Positions 28,949 to 38,631 of a DNA stretch of 49,572 nt are shown piece after piece (position 1 is the stretch's first letter; each line of letters begins with the position of its first letter). Origin of the DNA: Thermomicrobiales bacterium. GTDB taxonomy: Bacteria; Chloroflexota; Chloroflexia; Thermomicrobiales; UBA6265. Below the pieces are notes generated by a model. It had not been told where the DNA came from and searched no databases. It saw only the letters and a list, made by a program, of their open reading frames with translations. The position numbers and the translations under genes are program-made. The stretch spans positions 1 through 49,572 of the forward strand of contig JAXDKI010000106.1 in assembly GCA_034667245.1 (NCBI GenBank), in the 5' to 3' direction.

Positions 28949-29938
28949 GTGACAACGGAGTCGATCAGGACTGTCTTTTTCGGGACGCCAACCTATGCTG
29001 TGCCGGCCCTGCGGGCGCTCGCCGACGATCCTCGATACGACGTGGTGCTGGTCGTGACACAGCCCGATCGTCCCGCGGGTCGAGGACGTCAGCTTCAACA
29101 ACCGCCCGTCAAGCTCGCCGCCGAGCGACTCGGAATCGAAATCTATCAGCCCAGGTCACTGCGCGACGCCGCAGCGCGGCAGCCCCTCGCCGATGCCGAC
29201 GCGGACCTCTTCGTCGTCGCCGCCTATGGCCTGATCTTCGGGCCCAAGACGCTCGCGCTGCCACGGTACGGCAGCCTCAACCTTCATGCATCGCTGTTGC
29301 CCGCGTATCGCGGCGCCAGTCCGGTCACGGCGGCCATTCTTTCGGGCGACTCGATGACCGGTGTCTCGCTCATGGTGATGGAGTCCGGCCTGGACACCGG
29401 ACCCGTTGTCGACCGCGTCTTCGTCCCGATTGCGGGCACCGACACGACCGAGTCTCTGACCGCGAAGCTCGCCGCCGCCGCGGCTGGGTTGGTCGTCTCA
29501 TCCGCCGATGGGTTTGTCAGCGGCGACTTGCGGCCAGAGCCGCAGGATGACCAGGACGCGACAAAGGTCCGGCAACTCGTCAAGGCGGACGGCTGGCTCG
29601 ATTGGGAGGACTCGGCAGCTAAGCTCGAACGGACCGTACGCGCCATGTGGCCCTGGCCGCGCGCCTGGACGACTTTCCAGGGCGAACTCTTGCAGGTCCA
29701 TCAAGCGTCGACCCTCACGCAGCCATCCGACGTTCCAATTGGAGCCATTGCGTTCGACGGAAAGGAAGTCGCCGTGGCCTGCGGGGAAGGCGCATTGCGC
29801 CTCGACGTCGTCCAGCCGGCAGGCGGCAAACCGATACCCGGCGCCGTCTGGGCGGCTGGCCGCCGTGTCAGCACAGGAGAACGTCTTGGTCTGGAGGATG
29901 CGCCGGAAACGCCACCACCGATGATTACCAGAGTGTGA
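28949..29938 (+). CDS. fmt: Methionyl-tRNA formyltransferase
   Basis: FFGTP, VVTQPDRPAGRG, NLHASLLPAYRGASP and LDTGP motifs. Confidence 0.97.
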   Translation: MTTESIRTVFFGTPTYAVPALRALADDPRYDVVLVVTQPDRPAGRGRQLQQPPVKLAAERLGIEIYQPRSLRDAAARQPLADADADLFVVAAYGLIFGPKTLALPRYGSLNLHASLLPAYRGASPVTAAILSGDSMTGVSLMVMESGLDTGPVVDRVFVPIAGTDTTESLTAKLAAAAAGLVVSSADGFVSGDLRPEPQDDQDATKVRQLVKADGWLDWEDSAAKLERTVRAMWPWPRAWTTFQGELLQVHQASTLTQPSDVPIGAIAFDGKEVAVACGEGALRLDVVQPAGGKPIPGAVWAAGRRVSTGERLGLEDAPETPPPMITRV

Positions 29939-29965
29939 CGCGGGAGAATCCAGTCGCCGCTGGCA

Positions 29966-30412
29966 CTACTGTCGCGGTGGGCGGCGCTGACCTCGGAAGA
30001 CGCGATCGAGCCAGAGCGGCCGGGACGACGGCGAGATGTCGAAATCTCGGCCTCGCCAGCGCTTCTCCATGCCCCGATTCGGTCGACTGAACGAGCGCAC
30101 GATGGCGAGGATGATCAATACGAGACAAAGCACTGCAAACATCCTCGCCAGGAATGGCGACGCATCGCGCACGAAAAAAGCGACGACGCCGAGGACGATA
30201 CAGGCGACGAACCACAACCCGGAATCCAGACCCGAGGCAATCTCGGCCATGAAGGCCGATGGCCGCCACCGGAGCGATCTTCTCGATCGTCTCAGGGTCG
30301 CGCGTGCGCGGTCGGTGAGTGAAGGCGGGCGATCACTCCGGTAGAGGATCTCAAGAACCTCGTCTTCGAGACGACTCCGTCGACCAAGAGGAGATTCGGG
30401 ATCTTCAATCAT
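29966..30412 (-). CDS. Hypothetical two-TM membrane protein
   Basis: Strong SD GGGAGGAGG before ATG 30412; two TM helices and a C-terminal KRWRG motif. Confidence 0.75.
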   Translation of the reverse strand: MIEDPESPLGRRSRLEDEVLEILYRSDRPPSLTDRARATLRRSRRSLRWRPSAFMAEIASGLDSGLWFVACIVLGVVAFFVRDASPFLARMFAVLCLVLIILAIVRSFSRPNRGMEKRWRGRDFDISPSSRPLWLDRVFRGQRRPPRQ

Positions 30413-30635
30413 TGGTTGCCTCCTCCCAGAGGGAGCAAGAAGCAGAGCCAGCGGAGACCAGAATTGTGGGCCCGGAGGCCTCGGTGGCAAGAGCGAGAGT
30501 CCAGGGGAACATAACGTGGGTATGCTACACTCGTTGCGATTGAACTGCCACGTTCAGGCGAATGCTTCGCTCATCAACCCCCATCGAGATATCCCACGCG
30601 TTGCGCCCTGATGTCGCGCTGGAGGCGCCGCGCCT

Positions 30636-31112
30636 ATGATGCGCTTCACTGTCGTTGATCGCGCCGGGACAATCAGTTTTCCCGGCCCCCCTCACGGTCT
30701 GAAGGCGCTCGCCGCCGGATGTAGCGCCGGTGCCGCCGATCACCGCGTGCTTATCGAAACGCTTGCAAGGTACGACGCCGAGCTCTCGACGTTTGTCCTC
30801 AACGGGCTCGCCGTGTTCGACGAGCACGTGGCGGTGGGGAATCCGGAATCCGTCCGAACTTGGCTCGACCGGGCTGACGGCACGGATCGGCGACCGCTAC
30901 GGGTTGTCGACGAGGCGACGCGCCGCGTCAGCCTGCAGCCGGGGCGCTTGGGAGTCGTGATCTTCAATTTGGCGGCCCGGCGCATTGTCCAGGTTCAAAA
31001 CAGCTACGCCGAATTGCTTCGCGCCGACCGCGGTCGTGTCCGGGTCGACGGTCGCCCCACGGGCCGGATCTATCGCTATTCGCTACCCAGCGACTGGCTA
31101 ATTTTGCCGTGA
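30636..31112 (+). CDS. Hypothetical protein
   Basis: 158-aa globular-looking ORF with SD GGAGG, filling the gap between neighbouring genes. Confidence 0.75.
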   Translation: MMRFTVVDRAGTISFPGPPHGLKALAAGCSAGAADHRVLIETLARYDAELSTFVLNGLAVFDEHVAVGNPESVRTWLDRADGTDRRPLRVVDEATRRVSLQPGRLGVVIFNLAARRIVQVQNSYAELLRADRGRVRVDGRPTGRIYRYSLPSDWLILP

Positions 31113-32189
31113 GCCATTTTCCCGGTCTCGCGTCGCGGTCCGTGAACCGGAACCAGGGACGCCACCGCGCGGGCGGCCGAGTCGATCTCCGGCGCTACCC
31201 CGCTTTCGCATGAAGCCGCCGAAGAGCATGCGCCCCATCTGGTCACCGAAACCCTCTTTGCTCAGTTCGGCCTGGGTTCCCTGGAGCAACTCGCCTTCGC
31301 GCGTCGTCTGGGTCGCCCATTCGGCTCTCGCGTCGCGCGCGTCGGTAAAGAACTTCGTCAAGTCGGCCGCGGCTTGTTCATCCGCCACATCCAACGAAGC
31401 CCGAAAATCCTGAAGCGATGCCTGGCAGGCATCAACCCAACGAAGCAGTGCTTGTCGGTTCGTGAGAGCGATATCGCGGTGCATGTCAGGACTACCGCCG
31501 GCGAGCCGCGTCATGTCTCGGAACCCGCCTGCCGTCAAGGACTTCATGTCGCGCCATGAGGAGTCCTTCGACAGCGAGTTCATCAGCGTGGCCGCGAGCA
31601 CGAACGGGAGATGGCTGATGCCGGCGACGTAGGCGTCGTGCTCTCCCGGATCAAGGAAGTAGGGTTCCGCTCCCAGCGCTGCGATCATCCCGAGCACGTT
31701 TCGGATCGCGGGATCGCCCGCAGTGACGGCCGGTGTCACGCACCAGGTCGCGCCCTTGAAGAGCTCGGCATCCGCGCCTTCTATGCTCTGGGCCTTCCCC
31801 GCCATCGGATGGCCGCCGACGAAGCTGACGGTGTTCGGGAGGAGCTCTTGCGCCCAGGCAAGCACCTCCGCTTTGGTCGAGCCGGTGTCGGTGACCACGG
31901 CGCCGCTCTTCAGATGCGGTCCAATGTCGCCGAAGACCTCTCTCGTTGCGCGAACGGGCGTGCAGACGACGACGAGGTCGGCGTCGCGGATCGCCTTACC
32001 GAGTTCCCACTCGGCGCGATCGACTGCGCCGATCTTCTTGGCGTAATGCTGTTGGTCGAGGTCGGTGTCGAAGCCAATAACTTCGAGCGCTCCCTCACCG
32101 CTCTTGCCGTTCTGTTCGGACCACCGGCGAAGACCCAGTCCGATCGACCCGCCGATGAGTCCGAGACCAACGATGGCAACACGCTGCAT
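31098..32189 (-). CDS. tyrA: Prephenate/arogenate dehydrogenase family protein
   Basis: GLGLIGGS, TDTGSTK, GGHPMAG, HDAYVAGISHLP and GFRDMTRLA motifs. Confidence 0.9.
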   Translation of the reverse strand: MQRVAIVGLGLIGGSIGLGLRRWSEQNGKSGEGALEVIGFDTDLDQQHYAKKIGAVDRAEWELGKAIRDADLVVVCTPVRATREVFGDIGPHLKSGAVVTDTGSTKAEVLAWAQELLPNTVSFVGGHPMAGKAQSIEGADAELFKGATWCVTPAVTAGDPAIRNVLGMIAALGAEPYFLDPGEHDAYVAGISHLPFVLAATLMNSLSKDSSWRDMKSLTAGGFRDMTRLAGGSPDMHRDIALTNRQALLRWVDACQASLQDFRASLDVADEQAAADLTKFFTDARDARAEWATQTTREGELLQGTQAELSKEGFGDQMGRMLFGGFMRKRGSAGDRLGRPRGGVPGSGSRTATRDRENGSRQN

Positions 32190-32242
32190 GGTACGGGCAT
32201 CCTTTCAAGATCGCATGACCAAAGCAAAGACAAGACGATGAC

Positions 32243-32779
32243 CTAGATCGGCACGAACGCGTCCTCGCGGAGCCAGCCCTCCAGCCCGTCTTGCGTGCGA
32301 AACTGGAGCCAATTGTTGCCGTCACTGTCGACTTGCTGTTCGCCAATCGCCTGGACCGGCGTGCCCGGGTCGAGGAGCGCAATCGGTTCCGAATCGAGAC
32401 TCGGTAGAGGCCTGAAATTAACCCGAGAGTTGGGATTGGTGAGGTGCGTTGCCCGGAATGCTTCCGGCGTCGGTGTCGGACGTGGAGCGGGTGTTTCTGT
32501 CGGCTCTGCTGGAGCCTCGGCAGGCTTCTCAGTCGGCTCCGCGTTCGCGGCGACGCCCTCGCCGGTCGCCGATGCGGACACCGTCGGCGTTGGTCGATCC
32601 GTCTGAGGAGTCGTCGCGTCCCGGCCCACGAAGTCCGCGAACAGGGGATCGGCCTTGGCGTAGATCCAGGCAAAACTGCCGATGCAGACCGCGATCGTAA
32701 GCGCCATCGTGAGGCCGACCGCCAGGCCGGCACGCCGAGAGCGCTGCCGGAGCCGATTGGTCAAACCTGGGTCGGACAT
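32243..32779 (-). CDS. Membrane-anchored bacterial SH3-domain protein with a Pro/Thr-rich linker
   Basis: N-terminal TM helix, PTETPAPRPTPTP linker, and an SH3b-like C-terminus (VNFRPLPS...W...GLEGWL). Confidence 0.82.
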   Translation of the reverse strand: MSDPGLTNRLRQRSRRAGLAVGLTMALTIAVCIGSFAWIYAKADPLFADFVGRDATTPQTDRPTPTVSASATGEGVAANAEPTEKPAEAPAEPTETPAPRPTPTPEAFRATHLTNPNSRVNFRPLPSLDSEPIALLDPGTPVQAIGEQQVDSDGNNWLQFRTQDGLEGWLREDAFVPI

Positions 32780-32971
32780 CGCTGCTTGCTGGCAACTCCC
32801 TCAATACCGCGCACGAGACGGTCCGGTGAACAGACGCCGGGACCGACCGAGTATAGCACGCGGGTTCCGACCGGCCTCTGTTGCCGGGTCGCTCGACGGC
32901 GGCTACACTCCGCCCGCTCTCTTGCCGGAGCATTGCTCTCCAGGTGGCGACCATAGGAAGGAACCGACATC

Positions 32972-33964
32972 GTGCTCGCTTTGTCCCGATCGGACGTGAA
33001 ACGCCTTGTGCCGATGCCCGAGGCGATCGAGTTGATGAAGCTGGCGTTTGTTGAGCTGTCGGCCGGACGGGCCACCTCGCCCTTGCGCACCGTGATCGAC
33101 GTCAATCACGATCCCTCGGCGATGCTGATCATGCCCGCCTACGTGCCGGCGGCCGAATCCCTGGGATTCAAAGTCGTCTCATTCTTCGGCGGCAATCCTT
33201 CCCGTCAGTTGCCAACGATTCAGGCACTCGTCTGCCTGATCGACCACGAGAATGGAGCACCGCTCGCCATCATGGAAGGCAGCTACGTCACTGCACTCCG
33301 AACCGGCGCCGTCTCTGGCGCGGCGACCGACCTTCTCGCGCGTTCGGACTCGCGGGTCCTTACCGTGATCGGAGCCGGCGCTCAGGGCGTGACCCAAGCT
33401 GCGGCTGTCTGCGCGGTCCGGCCGATCGAGCGAGTCATCGTCGTGGATGCTCGAGAGGACTCATTCCCCCGTTTTCTCGACGCAGTCCAGCGCGACTGGC
33501 CCGAGTTCGCCGACCGAATCGAGACCACAACGGACGTCAGTGCGGCGGTGAGAGCGGCCGACATCGTCTGTACGGCCACCACATCAAGGCAGCCTGTCTT
33601 CGACGACGCGGATCTCCGTCCCGGCACGCACATCAATGCGGTGGGCGCTTTCACTCCGGAGATGCAAGAGATCCCGCCGGCGACGGTTGTCCGCGCCACC
33701 GTCGTCGTCGATGCGATCGATGCCATACTCGCGGAGGCCGGTGATCTCATCATTCCGCTCCGGCAAGGATTGATCGACCAGGCTCACATCGCGCGGGAAC
33801 TCGGTGCCGTGGCAGCGGGTGCCGCACCGGGGCGCACACGCGATGACGAGATCACCTTCTTCAAGTCGGTCGGCAACGCGGTGCAGGACGTGGTCGTCGC
33901 GCGCCGCGCGGTCGATCGCGCACGCGAATCCGGAGTCGGCGCAACGATCGACCTCACTGCTTGA
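32972..33964 (+). CDS. Ornithine cyclodeaminase/mu-crystallin family protein
   Basis: MPAY, KVVS, TALRTGA, GAGAQG, HINAVGA and FKSVG motifs. Confidence 0.92.
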   Translation: MLALSRSDVKRLVPMPEAIELMKLAFVELSAGRATSPLRTVIDVNHDPSAMLIMPAYVPAAESLGFKVVSFFGGNPSRQLPTIQALVCLIDHENGAPLAIMEGSYVTALRTGAVSGAATDLLARSDSRVLTVIGAGAQGVTQAAAVCAVRPIERVIVVDAREDSFPRFLDAVQRDWPEFADRIETTTDVSAAVRAADIVCTATTSRQPVFDDADLRPGTHINAVGAFTPEMQEIPPATVVRATVVVDAIDAILAEAGDLIIPLRQGLIDQAHIARELGAVAAGAAPGRTRDDEITFFKSVGNAVQDVVVARRAVDRARESGVGATIDLTA

Positions 33965-33985
33965 GCCGAGTCGAAAACGTGAGGA

Positions 33986-35716
33986 TCAGTCTCCAGCGGC
34001 GATCGCCGTGTCTCCCGCGCCGATCGGACAGGTCCCCGTCGGACAGACGCCGTCGATGATGTGCGCGCGAAATTCCTCCGGGTACATCTTCATCATGCCG
34101 AGCAGCGGCATGGGAGCGACCTGACCGAGTCCGCAGAGCGATAACTCGATGATGTGTTTCGACGTCCGCTCCATCAGCGCGAGATCGCTCGGCGTGCCGC
34201 GGCCAAGGCGGATCCGGTCGAGGATCTCGACCAGCGCCGGGTTGCCTCGCGAGCATGGGACGCACTTCGAGCACGATTCGTAGCGGTTGAACGCGGTCAG
34301 GTAGCGCGCGAAGTCAACTGAGCAGACCGTCTCGTCGAAGACGACGAAGCCACCCGATCCGAGCATGCCGCCGACGTTGGTCAGCGAATCGAAGTCCACC
34401 GGCAAGTTGAGGTGCTCGTCCTTGAGCGGGCCGGCGGAGACGCCTCCGGTTTGGATACCCTTGAACCGGAGCCCGTCTCTCATTCCGCCCCAGACGTCGT
34501 CGATCAACGTCCTCAGGGTGATCCCCATCGGTACTTCGACCAGACCCATCGTCTTTAGTGCGCCTTGGACCGTCATCAGCTTGGTGCCGGCACTCTTTTC
34601 CGTGCCGGTCTGCTTGTACCACTCGCCGCCCTTGTTGATGATGTCCCGGACGTTGGCAAGGGTCTCGGTATTGTTGGCGACGGTTGGTCGCTTCCAAATC
34701 CCTTCTTCCACGGAGCGGGGTGGTTTCGTACGTGGTTGGCCACGCACGCCCATGACCGAGTACATCAGCGCCGAACCTTCGCCGCAGATGTAGGCCCCAC
34801 CGCCGGTCCGGACGCGGAATGCGACATCCTTGCCTGAGCCGAGGACGTTCTTGCCGATGAGACCAAGACGCTCGGCGTCGGCAACGGCTTTTCGGAATCG
34901 TTTGATGGCGAGCGGGTATTCTCCGCCGATGTAGTTGTACCCACGTTCAGCGCCACAGACGATGCAGGCGATCAGGATGCCTTCGAGGATACGGTGCGGG
35001 TCGCCCTCGTGGATGCGGCGATCTTTGTAGACATTCGGTTCGCCTTCGTGGCTGTTACAGACCACGAACTTCGGAGTCGCTCGCGCCTTCCGACCACTCT
35101 CCCACTTGATACCCGCGGGGAATCCCGCGCCGCCGCGGCCACGCAAACCGGCCGCGGTCATCTCGGCAATGGCCTCCTCGGCCGACATGTCGAAGAGCAC
35201 CTTGAAGTACGCGCTGTAGGCGCCGCGCGCGATCGCGTCCTCGATCGAATCGGGGTCGATCACGCCGGTGTCCGCGAGGACGATACGATGTTGGTGTTTG
35301 AAGAATGGGAGTGAGTTCAAAGGGGGAATCGAGCCGAGTGCTTGGTCTCCCTCAACACCGATCGCCTTGGCCTGGAGGCTGCCCTCGATCAGCCCCGGAA
35401 CGTCGGCGGGTTCGACGTTCGCGTAATAGACTGCGGGCTGGCCTGGACGCTTGACCTGGACCTGAACCTCCATCCAGTCGGCACCGTCGACGCCAACTTT
35501 ACGGACGACGATCTTCTGGCCTTGCGCGTGCCGCTCGCACGCGGCGAGGACATCCAGCGCACCCTTTGCAATCGATGAACTGCCAACGCCAACGGAGACG
35601 ACGGTGGCGTCTCCATGCCAGAGCTTGTCCCACCGAGCGTTCGCTGCGGCTTGGTACTGCTCGAACTCGGCGCGCGTCGTCAGCCGCTGCGCCGGCAATC
35701 CGGGCACCTCAACCAT
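33986..35716 (-). CDS. NuoF/HoxF/FdsB-like FMN- and NAD(P)H-binding subunit
   Basis: GLRGRGGAGFPAGIKW, EGEP..KDR, YICGE and the 4Fe-4S motif ESCSKCVPC...SLCGLG; N-terminal thioredoxin-like domain. Confidence 0.92.
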   Translation of the reverse strand: MVEVPGLPAQRLTTRAEFEQYQAAANARWDKLWHGDATVVSVGVGSSSIAKGALDVLAACERHAQGQKIVVRKVGVDGADWMEVQVQVKRPGQPAVYYANVEPADVPGLIEGSLQAKAIGVEGDQALGSIPPLNSLPFFKHQHRIVLADTGVIDPDSIEDAIARGAYSAYFKVLFDMSAEEAIAEMTAAGLRGRGGAGFPAGIKWESGRKARATPKFVVCNSHEGEPNVYKDRRIHEGDPHRILEGILIACIVCGAERGYNYIGGEYPLAIKRFRKAVADAERLGLIGKNVLGSGKDVAFRVRTGGGAYICGEGSALMYSVMGVRGQPRTKPPRSVEEGIWKRPTVANNTETLANVRDIINKGGEWYKQTGTEKSAGTKLMTVQGALKTMGLVEVPMGITLRTLIDDVWGGMRDGLRFKGIQTGGVSAGPLKDEHLNLPVDFDSLTNVGGMLGSGGFVVFDETVCSVDFARYLTAFNRYESCSKCVPCSRGNPALVEILDRIRLGRGTPSDLALMERTSKHIIELSLCGLGQVAPMPLLGMMKMYPEEFRAHIIDGVCPTGTCPIGAGDTAIAAGD

Positions 35717-36251
35717 GGTGTGTCTCCCGTCTAGGTCCGCTGGCAATGACGCGCCGAATCACGTCGTTCAAACTCTCGGTCGTCAGCTCGCCATAAAAGT
35801 CGTCGTCGATTTTCGCGATCGGTGCGCGGTCGCAGACGCCAAGGCAACCATTGACCACCTGAACGGTGAGCTCCCCGTCTGCCGTTGTGCCCCCATCGTC
35901 CACGCCGTACCGGTCGGCCAACTCTTGCACCAAGCGCTGCGAACCCATTACATAGCAGGACATGCCGTGGCAGAGGAGCATGAAGTGGTTTCCGCGAGGT
36001 TCCGTGCGAAAGTCGGCGTAGAAAGTAAGAAGTCCGTAGATCCGATTGGAGGTGGTGCCAAGGTGTTCCGCGACGATCTCGGCGGCTTCGAGCGAGACCC
36101 ATCCGAAGTGCTCGTTGATCTCCTGAAGGGCGCTGAGAATCAGTTCCTGGGCTTCCTGATAATCCTGTGGGTGGAAATGCGACATGATCTCGCGGACAAC
36201 CGTCAGGTCGATCTCCCTGCGGTCCGCGGCTGGTGTTGCCGTCTGCGTCAA
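35709..36251 (-). CDS. NuoE/FdsG-like 2Fe-2S subunit
   Basis: LQEINEHFGWV, LTFY and the 2Fe-2S ligands CHGMSC...CLGVC; overlaps the start of the NuoF-like gene. Confidence 0.92.
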   Translation of the reverse strand: MTQTATPAADRREIDLTVVREIMSHFHPQDYQEAQELILSALQEINEHFGWVSLEAAEIVAEHLGTTSNRIYGLLTFYADFRTEPRGNHFMLLCHGMSCYVMGSQRLVQELADRYGVDDGGTTADGELTVQVVNGCLGVCDRAPIAKIDDDFYGELTTESLNDVIRRVIASGPRRETHHG

Positions 36252-36326
36252 CTGAGCCTCCCGGAGCTCGCACGGAATCGATGCGCGCCACCGCGTCCGT
36301 GAGCGATATCACGATCACCAGATGGG

Positions 36327-36355
36327 AGTATAGGTTCGGTCCCAGGGGCAGTCAA
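36327..36355 (-). promoter_or_regulatory. Sigma70-type promoter of the nuoE/nuoF-like pair
   Basis: TTGACT-17 nt-TATACT on the minus strand. Confidence 0.7.
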
Positions 36356-36443
36356 CGCGCCTGACAGCGGCTCCGCCGCAGGCGGTTTGACGGGCAACGG
36401 CCGCTCGCACGCACCTCGGTTGCGGCCCTGGGGTGATGGTCGA

Positions 36444-36821
36444 TTAGGTGCGCGACCGGGCAAAATGAGATTTGAAGTCGCCGTCGAATCCTTGGAGGAA
36501 CTCGTGCATCTCGAGCACGTCGTCGATACCGACCGGCGGACCCACCGGCTCCGCTTCCAGCTCGAACTCGACGACCTCGTCGTGCTGTTCGGCGCTCAGT
36601 TGGCGTAACGCCGTCCGGGCTGCCGCCGGATCGCCGTCACCGATCAGCGCTGCGACAAAGTTGCGCGCCTGACAATCCACGCACTGCACGACCATCATCC
36701 AGACGTCCGGTTTCCGCGAGAGGACGTGGATATCATCCGGTTCGAAGGTACGGTGGCAGACCGAACAGCGATCCATCCGCTCAAGGACGATACGCTTGAT
36801 TTGACGTTCAGAGGTATCCAT
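36444..36821 (-). CDS. Hypothetical protein with a CxxC...CxxC zinc ribbon
   Basis: CSVC and CVDC motifs, acidic C-terminus; begins 23 nt after the DUF151 gene. Confidence 0.8.
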   Translation of the reverse strand: MDTSERQIKRIVLERMDRCSVCHRTFEPDDIHVLSRKPDVWMMVVQCVDCQARNFVAALIGDGDPAAARTALRQLSAEQHDEVVEFELEAEPVGPPVGIDDVLEMHEFLQGFDGDFKSHFARSRT

Positions 36822-36844
36822 CGTGACTGTGTCCCCAGCCGCCC

Positions 36845-37393
36845 CTAATTCCCTCGTTTGCGTTCGAAGTCGTCGAGGTCGAGCGTATTGATGAACTCTT
36901 TGAACACCGAAAGACGCTCCTCGTCGACCGAGGAACTTGCGTCGCGTTCGAGTGACGGGGTCGAGGGATCATCGTCCTCGGCGTCCCCATCCCCATCTAG
37001 ACTAACGCCCGCGCGTTCCATGACGGATTCATCGACGAGAATTGGTGCCCCGGTGCGAACCGCGACGGCAATCGCATCGCTCGGCCGCGAGTCGACCTCG
37101 ACCGTTCGATTGGGCATCCGGATCACAATCCGCGCGTAGAACACGTCCTGCGAGAGATCCGTCACCAGCACTCGCTCAACCTTGCCGTCGACATCGCCGA
37201 CGATCGACTTGATCAGGTCGTACGGCAGCGGGCGCGGCGAAGCAACTCCCTGCAGCTCCATCGCGATCGCCTGCGCCTCGAAGTCACCGATCCAGATCGG
37301 CAGGTGCCTCTCGCCGTGAACTTCCTTGAGGAAGACAACACGATTCTGGGTAACCAGATTGACGCGGATACTTTCGACGATTGTCTCGATCAT
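36845..37393 (-). CDS. Bifunctional nuclease family protein (DUF151)
   Basis: LPIWIGDFEAQAI, PRPLPYDL, FYARI and DSRPSDAIAVAVR motifs. Confidence 0.93.
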   Translation of the reverse strand: MIETIVESIRVNLVTQNRVVFLKEVHGERHLPIWIGDFEAQAIAMELQGVASPRPLPYDLIKSIVGDVDGKVERVLVTDLSQDVFYARIVIRMPNRTVEVDSRPSDAIAVAVRTGAPILVDESVMERAGVSLDGDGDAEDDDPSTPSLERDASSSVDEERLSVFKEFINTLDLDDFERKRGN

Positions 37394-37550
37394 CGAACGG
37401 ACCTTTCGGCGCGACACGACCTTGCTGCGGCCAGATCGCAGGTAGGTTGCAGGAGGCGCCCCGAGAACGTATCACCCGCCTGAGAGGACCCGAGACGGCG
37501 ATCTAATTCTACACTCCGCCGCTTGGGCCACTCAATTGGGTTTGGCATGC

Positions 37551-38357
37551 TCACCGCTCGGAGATCTCGGGGTAGTCGTAGTGAGGCACGAGTCCGAAGT
37601 TGTCCATTGGCCAATACGTCAGCCAGGCTTTGCCGATAATGTCGTCGACGTCGACCAGACCGAAGATACGCGAGTCCGAGCTGTTGCGTCGGTTGTCGCC
37701 GAGAACGTAAACCTTTCCTTCCGGTACAACAGTTTGCTCGCATCTTTGTCGATTGCAGTCGGTAATCGGCCCCTGGATGTAAGGCTCCTCCAGGCGTTCG
37801 TCGTTGATATAGACATAACCGTCTTGTCGAATTTCCACCGTATCGCCCGGAACTGCAATCACTCGCTTGATGTAAGGCTTTTCCGAGGTGACAGGGGGTT
37901 GAAAGACGACGATGTCGCCTCGTTCCGGTGGATGAAAGGGATACACGATCCGCTCGCCCTCGCGATCCTCGCCGGGCAGGTAGTTGAGCCATTGGTTCAG
38001 GTCGAAGTGGAAGTAGACGTTCCGATTGACCAGGAGCATCTCCTGGTCGTGGAGGTTCGGCACCATGCTGTTGCCGTCTACGCGAAAGTTGAGCACGAGT
38101 GCGCGGACGGCAACGAAGATAACCAGCGCCAGCAGGAGGGTTTCAACGATTTCCCGGACGGCGCGCGCCGCGGACTTGCCGGCGGTCGACTTCGGGGCAG
38201 GAGTGGGGGCAACGTCGACTGGGATGGCTTGTGGTTCGCCGGCCGAGGGCCAGTACGCGTATTCGCCGGAGACGGGCCCCAGCGGATCGACTTGACCAGG
38301 GCTTGCGCTTCGTGCCGGGTTCCCGTCGCCAGCGAATCGTGAATCGTCGTCGGTCAT
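37551..38357 (-). CDS. lepB: Signal peptidase I
   Basis: TM anchor, catalytic GNSMVPNL and YIKRVIA, and GDNRRNSSDSR. Confidence 0.96.
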   Translation of the reverse strand: MTDDDSRFAGDGNPARSASPGQVDPLGPVSGEYAYWPSAGEPQAIPVDVAPTPAPKSTAGKSAARAVREIVETLLLALVIFVAVRALVLNFRVDGNSMVPNLHDQEMLLVNRNVYFHFDLNQWLNYLPGEDREGERIVYPFHPPERGDIVVFQPPVTSEKPYIKRVIAVPGDTVEIRQDGYVYINDERLEEPYIQGPITDCNRQRCEQTVVPEGKVYVLGDNRRNSSDSRIFGLVDVDDIIGKAWLTYWPMDNFGLVPHYDYPEISER

Positions 38358-38631
38358 ACGGTCCCAACACTTCGCGGATCGACTCTGCCAATAATCCCGG
38401 CATGATAGCGACCGCTGCCATCCGACGACAAGCCGCGTGTACCCGCCTGACGAATCGTCCGGTACTTAAGCCCTAACTGCGTGTCACCAACCCGTTCAGC
38501 GCTTCCTTCGACACGGCTCCGTCCCTAGAATGGCCTGGATGGACGTAGGCGTTCCGGTGTGTGGAGACACAAGCGCGCTCTGCGCGGAGTGGCCCAACGC
38601 CCGGTACGGACCGGAAGGCATAACCACAACA

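Noticed and set aside
30541-30556. TGAAC-N6-GTTCA palindrome as a LexA box
   Set aside because: The spacer is 6 nt rather than 4; a single weak palindrome without support.
38530-38631. ATG 38530 as the kinase start
   Set aside because: It has no SD and overlaps a -10-like TAGAAT; a downstream start is more plausible.
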